From Wallemia ichthyophaga EXF-994 (taxonomy: Eukaryota; Fungi; Basidiomycota), in contig NW_008806278.1 in the NCBI RefSeq assembly GCF_000400465.1, positions 202,592-234,591 of the forward strand: DNA of 32,000 bases, in the 5' to 3' direction. Positions within the stretch are counted from its first letter, which is position 1. Every line of letters starts with the position of its first letter. Under the pieces are notes generated by a model. The model was not told the origin of the DNA. It saw only the letters and a list, made by a program, of their open reading frames with translations, and did no database searches. Both the position numbers and the translations under genes were made by a program. Below, one piece after another: positions 23,142-32,000 of the stretch.

Positions 23142-25222
23142 ATGGAGGCTGTGGGTCTTACGCGTGCATGCCTCGTTCAACATCTAATGTATACGTTTTA
23201 GCGCTCTTCACGTCTACCACTCAAGAGGAAGGCTTCCTCTTCTGCAGCGACATCAACCGCGAAATCTCGAACAGCAGTACCTGTAAAATCGGTGTCCAAT
23301 GACTCTTTCAAGACATCAAATTTCAAGCCCACAAATGCAAAGGTTCGTTGTCGTTATCTACATTAGCAAATCATTGAATAGTATCAGCCGCTTGATGAGA
23401 ACGCACAAAAGTATTGGGAAGGAAAACTTAAAGATCTCAAAGAAGTCACTGACAGCGAGTTAAGCAAAAGTAAGTCGTCACCACCAAGTATCCTACTAAA
23501 ACTGATTCTCGTTGGTAGTCGTCGAAATGGAGAGAATGCGTGATCGCATGCAACTAATTGAACGCGAACAACTAGAAGCTCGTAAAAGACAAGCAACAAC
23601 GGATGAATTGAATGATGCTAAATCTCAACATGCCGATCAACTTTCAATATTGGAACAGCAGCACAAAGATCGTGTAGATGAACTAGAATCTCAAGTATCT
23701 TATCTTGAAAAGATACACAAAGCTCTTGGAGAGGAACTGAACATGGAAAAAACTCACTCAAAGAAGCTTAAGTCTGAGTTAGCCAAATATACAAATAACT
23801 CTATGGCGTTGGAATCTGATGCCAAGGTTATCAAGCAAGCTTTAGCCGATGCTGAGTTCAAGCTTAGTAAGGCAAAAGAAAGTGGTGCAACCAGAGAAGA
23901 CGAAATGATGGTCATGCAAAATAAATTGAGAGAGATGGAAGATGAACTAAGAGCTGGTGAAACCTTGAGAAAGAGGCTACATAACACTATTCAGGAGTTG
24001 AAAGGAAATGTTAGAGTTTTTGCACGCGTTAGACCAAAATTACAACGCGATCACACGAGTCAAGTAGCTAGATTGGTCTACCCAGACGGACTCAACAAAG
24101 ATGGTGGCAAACAGATCACTCTAGAATCCTCAACTACCACTGCTGAAGGTAAAAACCGTGATCAAAGCTATAATTTCACTTTCGATCGAGTTTTCGGTCC
24201 ACAGTCTTTGCAAGATGAGATTTTCAGTGAAATTGAGCAACTTACTCAAAGCGTACTTGACGGATATAACGTTAGGTCTCACTGCTGCTTGATGACTTAT
24301 CTGACATATTGTCACAGGTCTGCATATTCGCATATGGTCAGACTGGAAGTGGCAAGTCGTGGACAATGGAAGGCGGTGTAAGTTTAGCTTGCTGGAAGAT
24401 TATACAAGTTGCTTACCATTAGTAGTCACATACAGGCAGAGATGCAGGTATGATTCCGAGAGCAATATATCACATCTTTGACACTACACGTAAATTGGAG
24501 GATCAAGGGTGGTCATTCGATATGCAAGGACAGTTTTTAGAGATTGTAAGTGATTGCAAAGTTGCATACTTTCAGTCTCACTCATGTCTCATCAGTACAA
24601 TGAGACAATAAACGATCTGCTAGGCTCGGGCGAACAAGAGAAGAAACACAATATTACACACGATAAGAATGGCTCAACGACAGTTTCCGATGTGGTTGTT
24701 GTACCACTACACGAGCCAAGTAATGTACATAATCTGTTGAAGAAGGCAAATAAGAAGCGTACGACAGCAACCACTAGAGTACACGAGCAATCTTCTCGTA
24801 GCTCAAGTGTATTTAGCTTAAAACTGCATGGGAAGAATGATGTTACTGGTGAAGAGCTGAGATCGGTGCTCAACCTGGTTGATCTAGCAGGTTCGGAGAG
24901 GTTAGATTCAACTGGCACTCTCAGTGACCCTGTTAGATTGAAAGAGACACAATCCATCAATAAATCACTCAGCTCACTATCAGACGTAATTTCAGCTCTT
25001 GGATCATCTAACAGTGGCTCTGTCTCTCACATTCCATATAGAAACTCGAAGCTGACATACTTATTACAAAACAGTTTGAACAGCAATAGTAAGACTTTGA
25101 TGTTTTTAAACTTATCACCTATGCAAGATCATCTTCAAGAGTCTTTGTGTTCATTGAGATTCGCATTGAAAGTTCATAGCACACATATTGGACAAGCAAA
25201 AAGAACAATGACTGTAAAGTAA
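23142..25222 (+). CDS. KAR3: Kinesin-14 (Kar3-like, C-terminal motor); multi-exon
   Basis: Spliced start MEA-RSSRLPLKRK (ATG 23142), coiled coil, ELKGNVRVFARVRP neck, P-loop GQTGSGKSWTM, SSRS and LVDLAGSER. Confidence 0.93.
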
Positions 25223-25239
25223 ACATGTACACCTAATTA

Positions 25240-26427
25240 TTATGAATTCTTCATATATTTATCAAAGTTTGCCCAACGTTGTTTAGTTTCGATTAATGTT
25301 TGTTGAGTGACATTGGCAACGCTGACGCGCAGATGGTAATTTGCATCATTTTTGTCATCGGTAGTGAAAAATGAACCAGGTAATGTCAAGACACCGAACT
25401 CTTTCGAAAAAATAGAGGCAATCTCGATTGACGATTGAGGAAATGGGTATCTAATAAAGGCGTAATAGGCACCAGATGAGGATATTTGCCAACCATTCAA
25501 ATCCTCAATGATTGACTTGAGTAGAAGATGTTTCTCTAAAAGAGATGTTTTCTGAAATTGTTTAAACTCACTCAAGTCTTCATAGATCGGTGCGATTGCA
25601 GATTGGGCTAAATTTGAGGATGAAATTTGGTAACAATCAGATATCTTTAGACATTGATGAATGAAATCATTGTGGGCGACAATGGAACCCAGTCTGAGAC
25701 CAGGTATTGCCAAATCCTTAGAGAAAGAATGTAAGGATATGAGATTCGGGAGTTTCGTTGAGTATAGAGAGTGAGGTTGGGTAAAAGAACAAAAAGATCT
25801 GTAAGTTTCGTCCAAGATAAGAGGAATGTCATTGTCCGAGCAAATACGCAAGCATTGCTCAAGTATTGAAGAAGGTATTGATACGCCAGTTGGGTTGTTG
25901 GGAGTGACCAGAACTACAGCTCTTGTGTTCACATCAATTAATTGAGTCAGACTATCTGGAACTGGTATAAATGAGTTGACGGATTGGCAATCCAACAGTT
26001 TCGTTGCGACGCCTAACTGAGAGAGAGTCATTTCATGATTGAAGTAGAAGGGAGATTGTAAGATAACATTATTATTCTCTCCAAATTGGATTAAAGCTAA
26101 AATACTTGTGTAAAATGCAGCATTTGCACCTGGTGTAATCAAAAGGTTATCAGTAGATAACGTTGACTTGTAGTAATCGTTGAGATCTTTTGAGAATGCG
26201 TCCTTGAAGGCAGGGTGTCCAGATATATCACCATATTGATAAACGCTATTCGTTGTACTCCGCCTTGATAACTCCTGCTGCAGTAACGGAGAAGGAGGAT
26301 CAATTGGAACACCTTGTGAAAGATTATAAGAAACTTGACCTTCAAATTCAGCTAGCCATTGCTTGGCTTGTTGAATCGGAGGTAACTTGGAATTAATAAG
26401 CGTCCTCGACAGTTTAAACCCAACCAT
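25240..26427 (-). CDS. PLP-dependent aminotransferase class I/II, intronless
   Basis: NLSQGVP, VTPNNPTG, LDETY and SFSKDLAIPGLRLG (PLP lysine). First in-frame ATG at 26427-26425; the track start at 26454 is a GTG. Confidence 0.9.
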   Translation of the reverse strand: MVGFKLSRTLINSKLPPIQQAKQWLAEFEGQVSYNLSQGVPIDPPSPLLQQELSRRSTTNSVYQYGDISGHPAFKDAFSKDLNDYYKSTLSTDNLLITPGANAAFYTSILALIQFGENNNVILQSPFYFNHEMTLSQLGVATKLLDCQSVNSFIPVPDSLTQLIDVNTRAVVLVTPNNPTGVSIPSSILEQCLRICSDNDIPLILDETYRSFCSFTQPHSLYSTKLPNLISLHSFSKDLAIPGLRLGSIVAHNDFIHQCLKISDCYQISSSNLAQSAIAPIYEDLSEFKQFQKTSLLEKHLLLKSIIEDLNGWQISSSGAYYAFIRYPFPQSSIEIASIFSKEFGVLTLPGSFFTTDDKNDANYHLRVSVANVTQQTLIETKQRWANFDKYMKNS

Positions 26428-28586
26428 GACAGACAGCGTTAAGGAAAGGCTCACTGATCAATTGAAACGTTCGGAAGAATCGACGGTAAAGGACGAGACT
26501 AAAGACAGCAAGAACAAAGTCACGTTCAATTCTAATTTCCAGCAGTTGTACTTCATATTCACTGAGTCAGGCAAGCCAGTCTTCAACAGCGACGAGTTCC
26601 ATGATAGTTACAGGCTATCTATCAAGCAGTTCAATCAGGCGCTGAAATCTAAGACCTCCCTTGACTCCTTGAAGACTACTTCCATAAAATCATTACGTTT
26701 GGGCAACGTCACCAATATCTCAAATGGCAGTACAGGCCTTGATTATACTTCGCTAATGGGCGTTTTGAACCTTATTTTCAACCTAGTTTCTATCGATGGC
26801 GACGAGTTGAAGTTCATAAAGGCTAACAATGATCTCACTATCCACTTCAGCAAGTTTGACCATCTCATTTACGTGTACTTGTCTAATCTAAACGAATCTA
26901 ACAAGATTATTAGTACAAGGCTTTGTCTCTTGCACGAACAGGTGTTATCGATTATACCAAAGCATCACTTGAATAAAATTCTCACTACGAAACCGAACTA
27001 CGATCTCAGGCAATTAGTGGAAGGTTCCGAGGCTCTGCTAAAGAATTTCATTATTTCTTTGGAGTCTAGTTTTCATTATAACTTACAAGCCATTCAACCT
27101 TTCAAAATGGACTTCAAATTCAGATCTCACATTGGCAACCTCTTAATCCCACCAAAGCACCTCAGATCTCATCACTTGTATACCATCTTGTTTGCCTTCG
27201 GTAAAGTCATCACGATTATTAGACCGAAAAGGCATAGTATTCATCCTACGGGCAAGTCGACCTACAAATTTACATCAATCATACTCATATTAACTCACAG
27301 ATCTCATTATAATTCTCAATACAGTAACTTCGTCGCCTAGTCTACGTAGTTGCGAATCATGGTTACCGTTATCTCTTCCCAAATTCATTACTAACGGCTT
27401 CTTAAATGCCTATATTGCATTCATTCCACCATCGGCACATCTCAGAGAGTCAATGGGCTTTTCAAGCTTCCCTGAAATTGGTGTGATACATATCACAGGT
27501 AACCCTGAATCTTTCGATGATGTCTCTAGTTGGTGGTACACAGTTAAACAGACTATGGTCGATCAAGGCGTGTTTGATGACATATACAAAGGTGCAAGTG
27601 ATTCGATTTATAGCTGTGGTGATGTTTCTGTTCCAGGTCTTCGGCATTTCATATTCAAATCTAAAGCCAACGTTCAGATTACTTGTCCTACTTACGATAG
27701 CATTTACGCACAAGATATGCATTCGAGACAACGTCTACTAAACTCGTACGACAAGCTATACAATCTCGTTCACTCTCCAAGTTCTGAATCTAGTATACCA
27801 AAGACTAGCTCAGGTGAATCGCTCAGATCTCCTAATGACAATGCTAGCAGACGTGACAGTACGTTTGCTGACAGAAGTAGTATCATTGGATCTGGAGATA
27901 GTTTAATCCGAGCTGGTGACACGAAAAATTTATCAACAGAACAGTCAGCTATTGCCTCCTCTTCTGCATCTGTTTCCACAACTCAACAGGAAGATGAAGA
28001 TAAAAATCCGAACGAATCCTCCGAAATAGCACGTCCTAGGCAAGAAGAACAAAATTCCAATAGCCATAATGTCGAAAGCAAACGAATTGAAAAGCAAAAT
28101 AATGAGCAGACGTATGAAAGTAATCAAAGCGATAATAGCGATCACGTTATACCCACGACGTCGAATCTACAAATCAACAACGACAACATGAAAGATACCG
28201 AATTGACATTACCACATAGGGTAATAAATAGTTCAATTTCACAACAGCTCCTTAGAGCAACAGTGTTAACACCAGCGAATATGCTTAAAGCAACTACGTC
28301 AATGATGTCTTATGTGCCCTCTCTACCTCAGTTAGGTCCGAGAAGGATAAATCATAGCCCGCAGGCGCCACAACAAATAAGACCTCGCACTAGTCAGAGG
28401 CTCTCTTACTTTATTAAAAACGAACATGAGAGTGTATTGGTATGGTCAACAAGGATATTCGAGCTGTATATCGCGTTACCTGCATCGATGCCACATAGCG
28501 CTGCTGTAAATTGTGCTCAATCGCTCGTTAAATGGGTAAGGAAAGAGGAACCGAGTCTATTCCTAGGTAATACTCCAACATTCTAA
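26426..28586 (+). CDS. MON1: Vacuolar fusion protein Mon1 (Rab7/Ypt7 GEF subunit); 2 exons
   Basis: Longin motifs YFIFTESGKPVF and YDLRQLVEGSE. GC-AG intron 27252-27300 restores HPTDLIIILN...ESWLPLSLPKF. C-terminal LVKWVRKEEPSLF. Confidence 0.92.
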
Positions 28587-28665
28587 AATCATTGCATGTA
28601 CAATTTTGGCATCTTTCGTTATGTAGTGATTTCTAAGTTTAAAATTTTGCTTGCTTCATTGTTTA

Positions 28666-30470
28666 TTATGGTACATTTTTGGTAGTGTCCAATCTATTGA
28701 TTAGCCAAGAGACAGTGATAGGAATGCTTCTTGTTCTTGATATGACGTTAATCGTTCTAATTCTTGTATCATCATCTAATCCATTTGATCTAATTGTAAG
28801 TTCATTTTGCTCATATGTAACCGTAAAAATTAGCGAACTATCGACATTTACTTCTAATGAAAGAGGTTCATTTGTAAGGATCACTGATACGCCAATTTGA
28901 TTGCTACATTCATTTAAGAGCTTGCATCCATACAAGCAGCTTGTCAAAAGCTCCTCGAAGTACAAGTGCTCTTTGATAATCTGTTTTACGTTAAAATTTC
29001 ACTTGTGTTAGAAAATGCATACCTCTATAATTCTCAGTAGTTCTGAGAATGTCCTAAATGGTACTACTGATAGCTTTGCCATGTTATTTTTACCCTCTGA
29101 GCAGCTTATTGTATATAGTTGACTCTTTGAATTAGCCAGTGACTGTGGAGTGAGATGAGCATGAACAACCTGCACAATGAGAGACTTACTTGAGTTACAG
29201 GTCGTACAGATGTTTGCAAGAAGCGCTGGTATAAGCAATCCAGCCAAGTAATTTCCACTTTATGATCATTCTGCATATTATCACTATATCCCAGCGCAGA
29301 CTGTATCGCCAAACAGACATTTTTTGGTAAATAGAGATCTTTGTTTAGACAAGCATAAGCTATTATGGCTTTTTCAGAGCTTGGTAGTACTTGTAAGTTT
29401 GCGTTTGATGGTACGTGATGTTTAAAAGTTGGATGAACTTTTGACGGGATTGGTTGATTGAAAGGCCACGAGCTCTCTCGTAACTCGACATGGATAGTAC
29501 AAGTGTCATTGTGAGAAAGAGCCTGAATAGCTTGGGCTGGGTCAAACAATTCACGAGAAGACACATGCAGCAACTGGGTGAGATAAGGTCGTATTGAGTG
29601 ATTGAGAGTTAGACCATGTCCAGATATGTCTAATGATGGGTATAGATGCAAATATTTAGGTTGTGATATCAAGCTAAGTTTTGAATAAGCGGTGGATTGG
29701 TTTATGGATAAGACTCACGAGTTTTCTGCAGAACACAAATCGACGAAAGCCTTAATAAGCGCTTCAAAGCTCACGAAAAGGTCATTCTCGTTGCCTAATT
29801 TTTGACTGAGCTTGTCAAGCAAGACTAGCTGATGTAGATTACGCTTAAATCTTTGAAAAGCACGTTCGCTTCTGAGAGGGGTTGATTCAGTACTACTTAA
29901 ATCGCTTTTCGGTGCTACGAAATCGTTCAAGTCATTGATCAAGAGCTTATCAATTGGTTCAAGGGCGCTGTTTGAGTTGGTAGCGTAGGATGTTTGGAGT
30001 CGGGTAAGTGAAGGTTGCTGGTTGGGTGAGCTGGTAAGATCAACATCTATTACTAAGATAGTTCCAGCTATAGTGACTGTATGAACAGTGAATTGAGCGT
30101 GTGTTGAATGATCCTGGAAGGCTTCGAGTCCTAATTCTTTAGCAGCAGACTCAATGCGGGTCATTAGAGAGGATGGCGATTGATCTTCTAAGCTGGAGTG
30201 AACGTAGGGGGTGCAGTAGGTGTCGCGACATTTGATAAGCCTGTGTATAGCATTCGCATCAACGGCGTCATTTGTAGCTGATTTGAATTGCGCGTTGTAT
30301 TTACTGAAGAAATTCAATATCTCCGCTGATTTTGTATTGGTGTTGTTGCTGTTGTTGGTATTTCTGTCTACGAGATTCCTCAATCTAAGCAAAAGATCGA
30401 CGTGATGATGAGAATTCCAAGGGGAATCCTTGGAAATTAAATCGAAATAGAGGCTAAATATCTCTGACAT
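28666..30470 (-). CDS. MED1: Mediator subunit Med1-like protein; 4 exons joining the three minus-strand ORFs
   Basis: IESAAKELGLEAF...TVTIAGTILVIDVD resembles fungal Med1. Phase-compatible GT-AG introns (first 29718-29674) link through to IIKEHLYFEELLTSC. Confidence 0.7.
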
Positions 30471-30580
30471 TATTTTTGCACCGGTTCCTGGCCTTGGTCG
30501 TTGGTTGTCTACTCACACACCGCGCGCTTTAAAATTTCAAATCAAACCTTCTTTCTTCTCTAGCAGACACTTGAATTAAA

Positions 30581-31734
30581 ATGTAAGAATTTAATAGCCA
30601 CAGATATATATAACTGACAGCCATCCCAGGTCAGAGCAACTTCACTACAAGGGTTCCTTAGCCGCACATGGAAACTGGGTTACTGCCATCGCAACCTCTG
30701 CTGAGAACCCAGACATGATCCTCACGGCTTCCCGTGACAGAACTGTCATCGTCTGGCAACTCACCCGCGACGACGCCCAATACGGTTACCCAAAGCGTAT
30801 CCTCAAGGGCCACAACCACTTCGTATCTGATGTCTCCATTTCTTACGATGGTCAATTCGCTTTGTCTTCATCATGGGACAAGACTCTCCGTCTTTGGGAC
30901 TTGAACACTGGTGCCACCACCAGACGTTTCGTCGGCCACGAAGCTGATGTCCTTTCTGTGTCTTTCTCCGCAGACAACAGACAAATCGTCTCGGGATCCC
31001 GTGACCGTACCATCAAGCTCTGGAACACCCTTGGTGAATGCAAGTTCGACATTAAGGATGAAGGTCACTCAGAATGGGTTTCATGCGTCCGTTTCTCACC
31101 AAACCCAATGAACCCTGTCATTGTCTCAGCTGGTTGGGACAAGGTTGTTAAGGTAGGTTTTCTCTACTTGATGACGTTGAGACGAGTCGGTATGATGTAT
31201 TGTTTAATATTTGCTACTTCAGAGAGTACGCTCGATGAGACATATGAACCACCAAGATCTCTGACCACTCAACCAACGTCCGAATTTCTTTATTTTCAGT
31301 ACTAACCTAGTCTACAGGTTTGGGAACTTTCAAACTGCAAGCTCAAGACCAACCACCACGGTCACACTGGCTACATCAACACCGTCTCCGTCTCTCCAGA
31401 TGGCTCTCTTGCTGCCTCAGGTGGTAAGGACGGTATCACCATGCTCTGGGACCTTAACGAGGGTAAGCACCTCTACTCCCTCGAGGCTGGTGACATTGTC
31501 AACGCACTCGTCTTCTCACCAAACCGTTACTGGTTGTGCGCTGCTACTTCATCATGCATCAAGATCTTCGACCTCGAGTCCAAGTCAATCGTCGATGAAC
31601 TCAAGCCAGACTTTGTTGACATTGGCAAGAACGCCCGTGAGCCAGAAGCTGTCTCTCTCTCATGGTCAGCAGACGGTCAAACTCTCTTCGCTGGTTTCAC
31701 CGACAACGCTGTCCGTGTCTGGACCGTCGCTTAA
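30581..31734 (+). CDS. ASC1: RACK1 / Asc1 / Cpc2 WD40 ribosomal scaffold protein; 3 exons
   Basis: Highly conserved WD repeats ([35 protein letters not shown]). Introns at 30583-30629 and 31153-31317. Confidence 0.97.
31183..31270 (+). ncRNA. SNR24: Box C/D snoRNA U24 (snR24) inside RACK1 intron 2
   Basis: Box C ATGATGT 31192-31198, guide ATATTTGCTACTT then D' CAGA 31220-31223, C'-like ATGAGA, guide CACCAAGATCT then box D CTGA 31261-31264, terminal stem GAGT(C)GG/CC-ACTC. Guides match yeast snR24 as recalled, which is hosted in the ASC1 intron. Confidence 0.92.
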
Positions 31735-31872
31735 ATTTAAGCTGTATAAGATAAACAGGGTATTGGGTTTTGTAACACTATTGCGAGGAACTCATGATTT
31801 TACCGATACTTTGATATTAAACGTCTGATTTATGATGTGTGCGAAAACGTATTTATATTTGTACATGTCTTT

Positions 31873-32000
31873 CTATCTACGCTCGCCTCTCTTGAAGTAG
31901 GAGCTGTTGACTACATATCCGGTCACGCCGTCTAATGGATCGATTTTAGTTGGTGCACTACACTATACCATATACCCACCATAACAAAATTCACCAATCC
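31873..32000 (-). CDS. Possible 3' end of a minus-strand gene entering from the right
   Basis: A putative GT-AG intron gives ...GLVNFVMVDGVTGYVVNSSYFKRGERR*. Product not recognised. Confidence 0.3.

Overview
Eukaryotic DNA from a very compact fungal genome: standard code, short spliceosomal introns (mostly 38-51 nt), near-zero intergenic spacing and coding GC of about 40%. It is probably a basidiomycete such as Wallemia (inference). The left block holds separase (5'-truncated), LSM8, a short Rrn11-like ORF, SDH5 and BRL1/BRR6. The right block holds AP-2 sigma (missed by the ORF track), TAF12, a MidA/DUF185 methyltransferase, a DUF836 glutaredoxin, an FAD oxidoreductase, kinesin-14 (KAR3), a class I/II aminotransferase, MON1, a MED1-like gene and RACK1 carrying an intronic U24 snoRNA. 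Between the blocks lies a ~9.4 kb apparently gene-free interval (8122-17539). It is dominated by a 3,479-bp inverted repeat (9009-12487 / 13689-17167, no mismatch seen where compared) around a 1,201-bp AT-rich unique core. This resembles the inverted-repeat centromeres of Komagataella, Candida tropicalis and S. pombe, and is the main candidate discovery. Secondary oddities are two genes whose start codons overlap in one CATG palindrome and a four-gene block with only 6 nt of intergenic DNA.
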